A stretch of 61,442 nt of DNA, filler included. It is 3 parts of 3 records of this genome, joined end to end, with 100 filler letters (N's around TTAATTAATTAA, not from the genome) between each part and the next. Parts side by side here need not be neighbours in the genome. Positions count along the whole stretch, not along the records: positions 24,621 to 55,366 come from SRR2962707_5495; 2 more parts are not named here. One strand, given 5' to 3'. Positions 30,020-40,867 of this stretch are shown one piece after another; the stretch's first letter is position 1, and every line of letters begins with the position of its first letter. The notes under the pieces are model-generated. The model saw only the letters and a program-made list of their open reading frames with translations. It had not been told where the DNA came from and did not search any database. The translations under genes and the position numbers were made by a program.

Positions 30020-30742
30020 CTAGTCTTGCTGATGAACGAACCAGTCGTGTTTCTGGGCTTTGACCGTTTCGATATGAATGAAAATGCGGGCCAGATGGTG
30101 TTCGATCGCCTTAATGGCAAGCTCGGGCTGGCGCGACCGTAGTGCCTCGTAAATCGCGATGTGCTCTTCAAGGGCCATCTTCTGCGACAGGGTATCGAGC
30201 GAGATCATCCGGACGCGGTCCATGTGCCCCTTGTTCTCGAGGATCAGATCCCAGACATAGCCGATACCGGACTGCACACAAATCTCGCGGTGGAACGCAT
30301 CATCGAGCGCGTGAAACTTCTCTTTGTCATGGGCGGCCACCGCTGCGCGCTGCTGGTCGATCAACGCTAACAGCGCGGCATCGCCGTCTGCGGTCAACGT
30401 AACGCAGGCCGTCTTGCAGTTCTGTATCTCCAGCGCGGCGCGGATATAATGCGCGCGCACAACGGCTTCCTCGGATATCAGGCTGACGGTGGTGCTGCTT
30501 TGTGGGCGGATCACCAGAAACCCCAGCTTTGCCAGCCTTTTGAAGGCCTCGCGCACAGGCTGCCGCGACACGCCCATCAGCGCCGCCACCTCTGCCTCTG
30601 AAAGCTTGGTCAATGGCGGCAGGTCCAGACACAGGATGCGCCTGTGCAGCATGTCAAAAACCTGATCCGCAACTGTTGTCTGCACGACATGCCCAAGGCG
30701 TGGCAGGTGTAGCGCGGTAACTTTGTGACCTGTACCTGTCAA
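30020..30742 (-). CDS. GntR (FadR/FCD subfamily) transcriptional regulator
   Basis: LSEAEVA..MGVSRQPVREA HTH; FCD-type DDAFHRE; divergent from uxaC. Confidence 0.9.
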   Translation of the reverse strand: MTGTGHKVTALHLPRLGHVVQTTVADQVFDMLHRRILCLDLPPLTKLSEAEVAALMGVSRQPVREAFKRLAKLGFLVIRPQSSTTVSLISEEAVVRAHYIRAALEIQNCKTACVTLTADGDAALLALIDQQRAAVAAHDKEKFHALDDAFHREICVQSGIGYVWDLILENKGHMDRVRMISLDTLSQKMALEEHIAIYEALRSRQPELAIKAIEHHLARIFIHIETVKAQKHDWFVHQQD

Positions 30743-30803
30743 ATTCGATCCCCTTTTGTTGTGCGGTCATGCTGCATTTCTCATACACGTCATTGCGAAG
30801 TTT

Positions 30804-30823
30804 TCAACTGGGATATTAGTTGA
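30804..30823. promoter_or_regulatory. Palindromic operator between gntR and uxaC, overlapping a putative -35
   Basis: TCAACT-GGGATATT-AGTTGA; TTGACA at 30820-30825 and TAAACT at 30842-30847. Confidence 0.55.
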
Positions 30824-30893
30824 CAATGATACGCAGCTCACTAAACTTATTGCAGAAATTGTCAGGCGCCTGTCCCGTCTGGTGGGGGGATTT

Positions 30894-32300
30894 ATGGCAT
30901 TACTCGACGAAGACCGGATCTTTCCGACGGACCCCGCCGTTCGTGATATCGCACGCGCGCTCTATAATGACGTCCGTGATCTCCCCATTATCAGCCCTCA
31001 TGGCCACACGGACCCGCGCTGGTTTGCTGAAAATGCGGCCTTTCCTGATCCCGCACAGCTGTTTGTCACGCCCGACCATTACATTTTTCGAATGTTGCAT
31101 TCGCAGGGTGTCTCGCTTGACGCCTTGGGGGTGCCGCGGGCTGACGGAACGGCGACCGAGCAGGACCCGCGCAAAATCTGGCAGCTGTTTGCACAGAACT
31201 ATTACCTGTTTCGCGGCACGCCTTCCCGCCTTTGGGTGGACCACGCCCTGCAAGAGGTGTTTGGCGTGACACAGCCACTGTCGGCAGATACCGCCGATGA
31301 TATCTTTGACCAGATCGACGGGCAGCTGAAACAAGACGCATTCCGCCCCCGCGCGCTGTTCGAGAAGTTCAATATAGAAGCCATTTCAACAACCGAGAGC
31401 GCGCTGGATGATCTGCGCTGGCACAAGATGCTTAACGACAGCGGCTGGGGCGGCAAGGTTGTGACCGCCTACAGGCCTGATGCGGTCATTGACCCCGAAT
31501 TTGACGGCTTTGCCAGGAATATCGAAAAACTGGGAGACATCACCGGCGAGGATGCAACAAGCTGGAGCGGATATCTGGCCGCACACCGTAACAGGCGCGC
31601 CTTCTTTAAAAACTATGGTGCCACATCCACCGACCACGGCCATCCCACCGCCCGCACCGAGGATCTGACCCCCGATGTTGCCGCCGCCCTGTTTGACAAA
31701 GCGCTCAGGGGGAAATGCACGCCGGATGAGGCTGATGCCTTTCGCGGGCATATGCTGACCGAGATGGCAAGGATGAGCGTCGAAGACGGGCTGGTGATGC
31801 AAATCCACCCCGGGTCCTTTCGTAATCATTCGGCAGGGGTTTTTGCGCAATTCGGCCGTGACAAGGGGTTCGATATCCCCACCCGAACCGATTATGTGCA
31901 TGCGCTCAAACCGCTGCTGGATGCGGTCGGGGGCGCGCGCGATCTGACCATTATTCTTTTTACGCTCGACGAAACGGCATACGCACGCGAACTTGCCCCG
32001 CTGGCGGGTGCCTATCCCGCGCTCAAACTGGGGCCGCCGTGGTGGTTCCACGATAGTGTCGAAGGCATGCACCGCTTTCGCGAAGCAACAACCGAAACGG
32101 CGGGTTTTTACAACACGGTCGGGTTCAACGACGACACGCGCGCCTTCTGTTCCATCCCCGCACGGCACGATGTTGCGCGGCGGGTGGATTGTTCGTATCT
32201 GGCCACATTGGTCGCGACCGGACGATTGACCAAACGCGAAGCGCCTGAAGTCGCCTATGACCTCTCCTACAGGCTCGCCAAAGACGCTTACCGCCTATAA
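30894..32300 (+). CDS. uxaC: Glucuronate (uronate) isomerase
   Basis: ISPHGHTDP, GPPWWFHDS, GFNDDTRAF and ARHDVARR motifs; ATG 30894 follows a G-rich RBS. Confidence 0.95.
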   Translation: MALLDEDRIFPTDPAVRDIARALYNDVRDLPIISPHGHTDPRWFAENAAFPDPAQLFVTPDHYIFRMLHSQGVSLDALGVPRADGTATEQDPRKIWQLFAQNYYLFRGTPSRLWVDHALQEVFGVTQPLSADTADDIFDQIDGQLKQDAFRPRALFEKFNIEAISTTESALDDLRWHKMLNDSGWGGKVVTAYRPDAVIDPEFDGFARNIEKLGDITGEDATSWSGYLAAHRNRRAFFKNYGATSTDHGHPTARTEDLTPDVAAALFDKALRGKCTPDEADAFRGHMLTEMARMSVEDGLVMQIHPGSFRNHSAGVFAQFGRDKGFDIPTRTDYVHALKPLLDAVGGARDLTIILFTLDETAYARELAPLAGAYPALKLGPPWWFHDSVEGMHRFREATTETAGFYNTVGFNDDTRAFCSIPARHDVARRVDCSYLATLVATGRLTKREAPEVAYDLSYRLAKDAYRL

Positions 32301-32329
32301 CCGCCAATCCCCTTTGACAGGAGCATTCT

Positions 32330-33154
32330 ATGCTACGCACCCAAACCCGCTATGCGATTGATCCCACGTCCGCCAAAGCGTTGGACACGGACGGTTTGCG
32401 CCAGCATTTCCATGTGGGCCATCTATTTGCCGAAGACGAAATTGTGCTGGTCTACAGCCATTATGACCGGCTGATCCTGGGCAGTGCGGTGCCCGCAGGT
32501 GGGACGCTAACCCTAAGCGTAATGCTCGAGACTGGCACCGAAACCTTTCTCGAGCGGCGCGAGATGGCTGTGCTGAATATCGGCGAGACAGGGACCGTCA
32601 GCGTGGATGGCAGGGATTACGTATTAGGAAAGGGCGAGGTGCTGTATATTGGGATGGGCGGCGGTGCCGTCACATTCTCTGGCCAGGGGCGCTTTTACAT
32701 CCTGTCCGCGCCCGCGCACCAGACCTATCCCACAACCCACATTCAAGAGAAGGACGCCCGGCGGGTAAAGCTGGGATCACGCGAGCAGGCCAACGAGCGG
32801 GTGATCCATCAGCTTTTGCATCCCGATGTCTGCAAAAGTTGCCAGTTGTTGATGGGGTATACCAAATTCGCCGCAGGGTCCGTGTGGAACACCATGCCAG
32901 CCCATGTCCATGACCGAAGAATGGAAGCATATCTGTACTTTGACGTTGATGCGGGACAACGCGTTTTCCATTTCATGGGACAGCCCACCGAGACCCGCCA
33001 TCTGGTGATGGCAAATGAAGAGGCTGTTATTTCCCCGCCTTGGTCGATCCATTCAGGTGCCGGGACGGGTTCCTACACTTTCTGCTGGGCGATGGCGGGT
33101 GATAACGTCGATTTCACCGATATGGATATGGTCCCGATGGAGGATTTGCGATGA
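32330..33154 (+). CDS. kduI: 5-dehydro-4-deoxy-D-glucuronate isomerase
   Basis: YSHYDR, WNTMPAHVHDRRMEAYLY and SPPWSIHSG motifs. Confidence 0.95.
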   Translation: MLRTQTRYAIDPTSAKALDTDGLRQHFHVGHLFAEDEIVLVYSHYDRLILGSAVPAGGTLTLSVMLETGTETFLERREMAVLNIGETGTVSVDGRDYVLGKGEVLYIGMGGGAVTFSGQGRFYILSAPAHQTYPTTHIQEKDARRVKLGSREQANERVIHQLLHPDVCKSCQLLMGYTKFAAGSVWNTMPAHVHDRRMEAYLYFDVDAGQRVFHFMGQPTETRHLVMANEEAVISPPWSIHSGAGTGSYTFCWAMAGDNVDFTDMDMVPMEDLR

Positions 33155-33894
33155 CCAATCCCTTCTCGCTGGCAGGGCGCAAGGCATTGGTCACAGGTGC
33201 CAATACGGGTATTGGGCAAGCCATCGCAATAGGGTTGGCGCAGGCTGGTGCACAGGTTGTTTGCGCGGGAAGACGCAGCTGTAACGAGACGGTTGCGCAA
33301 ATCGAAGCTGTCGGCGGGGAGGCCTCCGAGGTGTTGGTCGATTTTGCCGATCCGATGGCAGGTCAGACGCTGTTTGCCGGCCAAGACATTGATATTCTGG
33401 TCAATAACGCGGGTATCATTCGCCGCAATGACATCACCGAGTTCACCGAGGCGGATTGGGATGATGTCATGGACGTAAATCTCAAGGCGCTGTTTTTCAC
33501 GACCCAAGCCTTTGCTGCGGCGGTTTTCGCCCGCAAGGCGCAGGGCGCAGTGGTCAACATCGCCTCGTTGCTGTCGTTTCAGGGTGGTATCCGCGTGCCT
33601 TCCTATACGGCGTCCAAACACGGGGTGGCGGGGCTGACGAAGATCCTTGCCAATGAATGGGCGGCGCGCGGCATCAACGTCAACGCCGTGGCCCCCGGAT
33701 ATATCGACACCAACAACACCGAGGCCTTGCGCAGCGATCCTGCGCGCAACAAGGCCATACTGGAACGTATCCCCGCAGGTCGGTGGGGCGATGCCTCCGA
33801 TATCGCCGGGGCCGCCGTCTATCTTAGCAGTCCGGCGGCGCGTTATGTTCACGGCACGATCTTAAATGTGGACGGAGGCTGGCTTGCCCGTTGA
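33151..33894 (+). CDS. kduD: 2-dehydro-3-deoxy-D-gluconate 5-dehydrogenase
   Basis: SDR motifs TGANTGIG and NIASLLSFQGGIRVPSYTASK; translationally coupled to kduI. Confidence 0.93.
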   Translation: MTNPFSLAGRKALVTGANTGIGQAIAIGLAQAGAQVVCAGRRSCNETVAQIEAVGGEASEVLVDFADPMAGQTLFAGQDIDILVNNAGIIRRNDITEFTEADWDDVMDVNLKALFFTTQAFAAAVFARKAQGAVVNIASLLSFQGGIRVPSYTASKHGVAGLTKILANEWAARGINVNAVAPGYIDTNNTEALRSDPARNKAILERIPAGRWGDASDIAGAAVYLSSPAARYVHGTILNVDGGWLAR

Positions 33895-35311
33895 TTTGCT
33901 CACCCGTGGCGACCTGCCGCGCCCGCGCAATGGCATTGTCCATCTCGGGCTGGGTGCGTTTTTCAGGGCCTTTGGATGTGTTTATATCGCAGACGCCATA
34001 GCAGCTTCCGGTGGGGACTGGGGCGTTGTCGGAATCTCCTTGCGCAATCCCGCGACGCGCGATGCGCTCAGGCCGCAGAATTGGGCCTATACGTCAGTCA
34101 CGCTTTACCCCGAGCAGTCTGAAGCGCGGGTAATTGATGTGTTGAACGATGTGCTGGTTGCCCCCGAAGATCCGGGGGCCGTGCTGGCTGCGATGACGGC
34201 ACCAGAGATCAAGATTGTGTCTCTGACAGTTACGGAAAAAGGGTATTGCCACATACCGTCGACAGGGGCGTTGGATACCGATCATGCAGACATTGCGCAT
34301 GATCTGTCCAATCCGTTGCCCGTGTCCGCCATCGGTTTTATCGTGCGCGCCTTGCAGCGTCGCCGCGATGCGGGCAGCGCGCCTTTCACGGTTCTGAGTT
34401 GTGACAATCTTCCTGATAATGGGCGCGTGGTGCGCGGTGTGGTTCTGGAACTTGCGCGCCTGATTGACCCTGCGCTGGCGGATTGGATCGCCGACCACGG
34501 CCGTTTTCCCGCGACGATGGTGGACCGGATTACACCTGCCACAACTCAGGACGATATCGCCCGCGTGGCCACGCTGACAGGCCACTATGATGCGGCGCCC
34601 GTCCTGCACGAACCATTTGCACAATGGGTAATCGAGGATGATTTTGTGGAGGGTGCGCGACCTGATTTGGCTGCCGCAGGTGCCGAGATGGTCACAAGCG
34701 TGACGAGACATGAAAACATGAAGCTCAAAATGCTCAACGGTACGCATTCGGCACTGGCCTACACTGGATATCTGGCGGGAAAAGAAACGATTGCAGATAC
34801 CGTCGCCGATCCTGCTTTTGCCACCTATGCCCGCGTATTGTGGGCCGAGATTATACCGGCCGTCACCCCACCCGAAGGCGTGAACCTTGAAGAGTATGCA
34901 GGCGCGTTGCTGGATCGCTATGCCAACCCGTCCATTCGTCATCTGACGTGGCAGATTGCGATGGATGGCAGTCAGAAACTACCGCAACGTCTGCTTGCGA
35001 CGCTGCGCTGCAATCTGGACAACGGGCGCGCCTCGCCTGCCCTATGCACCGCTGTTGTGGCCTGGATGCGTTATGTCTGCGGCACGGATGAAGCGGGCAA
35101 CAAAATCGACGTGCGCGATCCACATGCGGCAAAGCTGCTTGATCTGACCTCTGGATTGGACGACCCCGCAGACATTGTCAGATCGCTACTGACCTTCGAC
35201 GCTGTTTTCCCAGCCGATCTGGCTGCGCGCCTTGAACAGCCCTTGATCGCTGCTGCGCGGGAATTTTGGGCCAAGGGCGCGCAGGCAACCGTCGGGGCGT
35301 TCACCGAATAG
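33884..35311 (+). CDS. uxuB: Mannitol dehydrogenase family protein, probably D-mannonate oxidoreductase (UxuB-like)
   Basis: HLGLGAFFRA, SLTVTEKGY, SCDNL, MVDRITP, KMLNGTH and QIAMDGSQKL motifs; TTG 33884 follows GGAGG. Confidence 0.8.
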   Translation: MPVDLLTRGDLPRPRNGIVHLGLGAFFRAFGCVYIADAIAASGGDWGVVGISLRNPATRDALRPQNWAYTSVTLYPEQSEARVIDVLNDVLVAPEDPGAVLAAMTAPEIKIVSLTVTEKGYCHIPSTGALDTDHADIAHDLSNPLPVSAIGFIVRALQRRRDAGSAPFTVLSCDNLPDNGRVVRGVVLELARLIDPALADWIADHGRFPATMVDRITPATTQDDIARVATLTGHYDAAPVLHEPFAQWVIEDDFVEGARPDLAAAGAEMVTSVTRHENMKLKMLNGTHSALAYTGYLAGKETIADTVADPAFATYARVLWAEIIPAVTPPEGVNLEEYAGALLDRYANPSIRHLTWQIAMDGSQKLPQRLLATLRCNLDNGRASPALCTAVVAWMRYVCGTDEAGNKIDVRDPHAAKLLDLTSGLDDPADIVRSLLTFDAVFPADLAARLEQPLIAAAREFWAKGAQATVGAFTE

Positions 35312-35320
35312 CTGCAATTC

Positions 35321-36601
35321 TTAGCGGTAGATCAAAGTGGGCAGCCACATGGTGATCGCCGGAATAAACGTGACCATCATCAAAACAATAACCAGCGGGA
35401 TCAGGAAGGGTGCCGTACCTACAACACATTGTTCAAAGGGGATTTTTGCCACCCGCGACAGCACATACAGCACCATGCCAACAGGAGGCGTTAACAAGCC
35501 CAACATCAGGTTCAACACCATGATGACGCCAAAATGAACCGGATCAATGCCAAGCAACACAGCGATGGGCAGCATCACCGGCACAAGGATTGTAATGGCG
35601 GCCACCGTCTCCATGAAGCAGCCAACCGCGAGAAGGATCAGGTTCATCAGGATGAGGATCACCCAAGGCTTGTCCGATACCGCCAGCAAACCGGCAGCGA
35701 ACTGTTCCGGCACGCGGTTGCTGGTCAAAATCCATGCGAAAACGGCGGCGGCGCCGACGACCAGTAGAACAACTGCCGTCGTTTCGATGGTGTCGAAACT
35801 GACGCGCAGAAACCGCGGGATGGTCAGTGTACGGTAGACAACCATGCCCAGAAAAAGCGCCCAAGCACAGGCCGCAACCGCTGCCTCGGTCGGGGTAAAC
35901 GCGCCTGACAAGATGCCGCCCACAATGATGATCGGCGTCAGCAGCGACAGGAACGCGCGCTTGAATGTGGCGAACAGCACTGACCAGTAAAACGCCTGAT
36001 CCCGCTCAAAGCCGCGGGTACGGGCCATGATTGCAATCATGATCATCAGCGATACCGCCATCAACAATCCGGGAATGAAGCCCGCAACAAACAACTGCCC
36101 GATGCTGGTGCCTGCAACAACGCCGTAGATGACCATGGGCAGGGAGGGCGGAATGATGGGCCCGATGGTCGAGGAAGCTGCGGTAATGCCAACGGCGAAC
36201 TTGGGGTCATATCCGGCATCGCGCATCGCCTTGATCTCGATCGCGCCAAGACCACCCGCATCGGCAACCGCGGCCCCTGACATGCCAGCAAAAATAACAC
36301 TGGCACCGACGTTCACATGCCCCAAACCGCCGCGCATCCACCCGACCAAAGCGAGGGCAAAGTTGAATATCCGTTCGGTAATCCCGGCGGTGTTCATCAG
36401 GTTCCCGGCCAGAATAAAGAACGGTACCGCAAGCAGCGGAAAGCTGTCCACGCCGTTGATCATCCGGTGGGCGACCAGCATCGTTGGCGTTGTTCCGTTC
36501 GCACACAAGAATACCGCAGACGACCCCGCAAGCGCCACCGCAACCGGAACGCCGCAAATCAACATGCCAAGCAGCATCACAAAAAGCCAGATGATGTCCA
36601 C
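35321..36601 (-). CDS. dctM: TRAP transporter large permease DctM
   Basis: LLAVPFF, GMSGAAVAD, IIPPSLP and GLLTPPVG motifs. Confidence 0.93.
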   Translation of the reverse strand: MDIIWLFVMLLGMLICGVPVAVALAGSSAVFLCANGTTPTMLVAHRMINGVDSFPLLAVPFFILAGNLMNTAGITERIFNFALALVGWMRGGLGHVNVGASVIFAGMSGAAVADAGGLGAIEIKAMRDAGYDPKFAVGITAASSTIGPIIPPSLPMVIYGVVAGTSIGQLFVAGFIPGLLMAVSLMIMIAIMARTRGFERDQAFYWSVLFATFKRAFLSLLTPIIIVGGILSGAFTPTEAAVAACAWALFLGMVVYRTLTIPRFLRVSFDTIETTAVVLLVVGAAAVFAWILTSNRVPEQFAAGLLAVSDKPWVILILMNLILLAVGCFMETVAAITILVPVMLPIAVLLGIDPVHFGVIMVLNLMLGLLTPPVGMVLYVLSRVAKIPFEQCVVGTAPFLIPLVIVLMMVTFIPAITMWLPTLIYR

Positions 36602-36610
36602 TGTCTGCTC

Positions 36611-37177
36611 CTAATCGATTGCGCGGATCTGGTCCGCATATTTTTCGGGGTCGATCAGTTTCGACGTCCCGTCACGTAAATGCACCCACATGTTCCATGC
36701 TGAATAGAGCGCCATGCAGACAAAGGCCGCAGCGACGATCCAGTAGACAGTGGATTTCGGCAGTTCGATGGACACCATAAGCTGTCGCGTGCGCCCAGCG
36801 ATCTGACCGCTCAACACTGCTAGAATAATGAAAAAACCGGTGGTGACGGCATCAATAATAAACTGCGCAATCCTGCGGCCGGTGCGCGGTACCCATCGGT
36901 AAATGAACTCAACCGCGATATGGCTTTGTTTACGGGTGGCCATGATGGCCCCTAAAAACGTCACGCCGATCAACAGGAAGCGCGCGATTTCCTCGGTCCA
37001 CGCGATGGAGTCGTTCAGGACATACCGCGTGAAAAACTGAAGAAACACAACGCCCGCCAGAAGCCAGAACAGCACCAGCACAACGCTGTCGTCCCATTGC
37101 TGGTCTGACAGGTCTATCGTTTCCTCCTCTAGGGCGATTGGCGCTATGGGAGGGGTGTCATCAGGGGGCGGTGTCAT
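36611..37177 (-). CDS. dctQ: TRAP transporter small permease DctQ
   Basis: QFFTRYVLNDSIAWTEE motif; start MTPPPD follows AAGGA. Confidence 0.9.
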   Translation of the reverse strand: MTPPPDDTPPIAPIALEEETIDLSDQQWDDSVVLVLFWLLAGVVFLQFFTRYVLNDSIAWTEEIARFLLIGVTFLGAIMATRKQSHIAVEFIYRWVPRTGRRIAQFIIDAVTTGFFIILAVLSGQIAGRTRQLMVSIELPKSTVYWIVAAAFVCMALYSAWNMWVHLRDGTSKLIDPEKYADQIRAID

Positions 37178-37198
37178 CGTAAATTCCTTTGACGGATG

Positions 37199-37223
37199 GA
37201 CAGGGCGCTCTGTGCGCCCTGTC
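37199..37223 (-). terminator. Stem-loop between dctP and dctQ
   Basis: GACAGGGCGC-N5-GCGCCCTGTC, perfect 10-bp stem. Confidence 0.55.
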
Positions 37224-37246
37224 GCAATTCTCAAGGATCGGACGTG

Positions 37247-38227
37247 TTACTTGATCGCCTGGAGGCGGTCATATGTCGCCTGATCCCATGTCGCGGAAGG
37301 ACCGTTGTGCAACGCTTTTACCGCTTCGATAAAAGGGCCACGGTCAACTTCGTTGACCTGAACGCCTTCGCCACGGAACCACTCGGCCAGCTCGTTCTCG
37401 GCCTTGATGATAGCGTCTGTCGCACAAACTGCCGTCTCGGTGAGAACGCCGCTTAGCGCACCGCGATCTGCCTCGTCCATTTTATCCCACGCAGGGCCGC
37501 CGACGATGGTCAGCAACGCATCTGTGATATGGCCCGTCAGGTTGATGTTCGTCTGAACTTCATAGAACTTTTTCGCCTGAATGGTGGGCAGCGGATTTTC
37601 CTGCGCATCCACGGTGCCCTGCTGCAACGCCAGATAGACTTCGGCAAAGGCAATGGGTGCGGGGTTCGCGCCGACGGCTTCCGGGAACATCATATAAAGT
37701 GGCGCGTTCGGCACCCGGATCTTCATGCCCTTCATGTCGGCAGGGGTCAGAACCGGCTTGTTCGAGGTCACATGGCGGCCGCCATAATACGTCAATGCCG
37801 CGATGTGGTTGCTTGTCGCATCGGTATACCCCTGCGCCAGTTCCTTGAACAAATCCGAGTTCCGGTATTTGTCCCAGTGGTTATAGTCGCGGAACATAAA
37901 CGGCGCGCCGCCGATCGAGATGGGGCCGAATGAGCGGCCCGCAAACAGTTGGCCGGTATAGATAATATCAACCGTACCAAAGCCCAGACCCTCGTTGATG
38001 TCTACTTCCTTGCCCAGCGATGATGCCGGAAACACCTCGATGCCATAGCGGCTATCGGTTGCTGTCATCAGCAGGTCGTTCGCGGCGACTGCACAGGTGT
38101 GGTAGGGCTCGCTTGTCTCGTAGACGTGGGCCCATTTCAGTTTGGTTTCCGCAGCAGCCATCGCAGGCGCAAGGCCCAATACCGCTACAGCCGAAGTTGC
38201 AAACGCAATCGTTTTAGTGGATTTCAT
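37247..38227 (-). CDS. dctP: TRAP transporter substrate-binding protein (DctP/SiaP-like)
   Basis: Signal peptide; YYGGRH, GMKIRVP and GTVDAQENP motifs. Confidence 0.9.
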   Translation of the reverse strand: MKSTKTIAFATSAVAVLGLAPAMAAAETKLKWAHVYETSEPYHTCAVAANDLLMTATDSRYGIEVFPASSLGKEVDINEGLGFGTVDIIYTGQLFAGRSFGPISIGGAPFMFRDYNHWDKYRNSDLFKELAQGYTDATSNHIAALTYYGGRHVTSNKPVLTPADMKGMKIRVPNAPLYMMFPEAVGANPAPIAFAEVYLALQQGTVDAQENPLPTIQAKKFYEVQTNINLTGHITDALLTIVGGPAWDKMDEADRGALSGVLTETAVCATDAIIKAENELAEWFRGEGVQVNEVDRGPFIEAVKALHNGPSATWDQATYDRLQAIK

Positions 38228-38378
38228 GTCGTTCCTCCCATGGGTGACACGGCTGCATCAAAACGATTGCCGCGTTCAATTGGTAGCTATGACGCTTACG
38301 CTGGGTAAGTCATGCTATCGGAAGTAGAGTGGCATCATTTGTAAAAATTTGTCAACGGTATTGTGGGTGAGCGATCGC

Positions 38379-39887
38379 TCACATCACTGCACCGATTTGC
38401 CACGGCACAAACTCGTAATCCCCAAGGCCCTGTGCCTCTGATTTGCTAGCCTCCCCCGAGGCGACTGCCAGAAACAATTCGTAAATCTCGCGGCCTTTTT
38501 CGGCCACGCTAACGCCCTCGCCCAGAATGGTGCCTGCGTCGATGTCCATATCCTCGGACATGCGCCGCGCCATTTCGGTGTTGGTGGCGACCTTGATCGT
38601 CGGGCTTGGCTTGGACCCGAAGGCAGAGCCGCGGCCCGTGGTAAAACAGACCAGATTGCACCCGCCCGCAATCTGTCCTGTGACGGATGCCGGATCATAG
38701 CCAGGGCTGTCCATGAAGGTGAAACCGCGTGCGGTCACAGGCTCTGCATATTTATAGACACCGGTCAGGGGTGTTGTGCCGCCTTTGGCCGCCGCCCCCA
38801 GCGATTTTTCAAGGATCGTGGTCAGGCCGCCCTTTTTGTTGCCGGGGCTGGGGTTGTTATCCATCGATCCGTTGTTGCGGGCAGTGTAATTTTCCCACCA
38901 TTTGATCAACCCGACCAGCTTTTCACCTACGGGCCGCTCGGCCGCCCTGCGGGTCAACAGATGTTCTGCGCCGTAAATCTCGGGGGTTTCGGCCAACACA
39001 CCCGTGCCGCCCTGCGCCACCAGCAGATCACAGGCGTAGCCCAACGCGGGATTGGCGGTAATTCCGGACCACGCATCAGAGCCGCCACATTGCAGCGCCA
39101 CCTTCAGCTCGGATGCGGGACATGGCGTGCGCTGCGCCTGGTTCGCTATGGGCAGCATTGCCGCGACTTTCTCGATGCCCAATTCAACAGTGCGGCGCAG
39201 GCCGGCCACGTTCTGGATGTTCATCGTGTGAAACAGCGGCCCCTGCTTGAGGCCGTAGGCTTCTAGCAACCAGTCGATCTGGTTCATCTCACAGCCCAGC
39301 CCCACCATCAGGACGCCGCCGTGGTTGGGATGGCGGGCATAGCCCCACATCACCCGCTGCAACGCCTCGAACCCGTCACCATCCCCAGCCATACCGCAAC
39401 CAGTACCATGAACAAAGGCGGCCACCCCGTCTACGTTAGGGTACTCGGCCAGCCTTTCTGGCGTGAAGTGGTCTGCAATCATGCGCGCCGCCGTCGCAGA
39501 GCAGTTCACCGATGTCACGATAGCGATATAGTTGCGCGTCCCCACACTGCCGTTCTCGCGGCGGTAGCCCATAAAGGTATCGCGCTGATCTTCGGGCACC
39601 GGTGTCACGGGCCGTAAATCAGTGGCGTATTCATAGGTGGCATCCGTAGCCCGAAACGCGAGGTTGTGGGTGTGAACATGCGCACCAGCGGCAATATCCT
39701 GCGACGCATAACCGATCACTTGGGCATATTTGTAGACAGGCGCGCCTTGCGCGATGTCCGCCGTGGCAACCTTGTGACCAGAGGGGATCAGCTGGGTGGT
39801 CAACACCGTTTCAACGGGTGTGCCGGCTTCAAGTGGCCGGATCGCCGTCACTACGTTGTCGGATGGATCAAGTCTTACACATTGCAT
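38379..39887 (-). CDS. uxaA: UxaA/GarD family (altronate-type) dehydratase with SAF domain
   Basis: DNVVTA, GHKVA, HVHTHN, GLGCE, QCGGSD and NNPSPGNKKGG motifs. Confidence 0.85.
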   Translation of the reverse strand: MQCVRLDPSDNVVTAIRPLEAGTPVETVLTTQLIPSGHKVATADIAQGAPVYKYAQVIGYASQDIAAGAHVHTHNLAFRATDATYEYATDLRPVTPVPEDQRDTFMGYRRENGSVGTRNYIAIVTSVNCSATAARMIADHFTPERLAEYPNVDGVAAFVHGTGCGMAGDGDGFEALQRVMWGYARHPNHGGVLMVGLGCEMNQIDWLLEAYGLKQGPLFHTMNIQNVAGLRRTVELGIEKVAAMLPIANQAQRTPCPASELKVALQCGGSDAWSGITANPALGYACDLLVAQGGTGVLAETPEIYGAEHLLTRRAAERPVGEKLVGLIKWWENYTARNNGSMDNNPSPGNKKGGLTTILEKSLGAAAKGGTTPLTGVYKYAEPVTARGFTFMDSPGYDPASVTGQIAGGCNLVCFTTGRGSAFGSKPSPTIKVATNTEMARRMSEDMDIDAGTILGEGVSVAEKGREIYELFLAVASGEASKSEAQGLGDYEFVPWQIGAVM

Positions 39888-40025
39888 GCTATAGCCCTTT
39901 AACCTTCACGCGCAGCAGTGGCGCATGACGAGAGGCTACGCCGCCGCCGCTCCTTGGACAAGATTTCTGTGCGGACAAGATCCATGCGATGTAGCCAAGC
40001 CCTTTTCCCTCGCGTAGCGTGCTGA

Positions 40026-40814
<789 letters not shown>

Positions 40815-40867
40815 CCCCCGCCCCTACGCTACCGGCAACGGAGCGTTTCACCTGTGACTGACAAAGG

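Noticed and set aside
30756-30893. N-terminal extensions in the ORF track (uxaC 30756, RND 14464, ATPase 48974, SBP 54954, regulator 42978)
   Set aside because: They overlap promoters or upstream genes; downstream starts fit RBS position, gene overlaps or family N-termini better.
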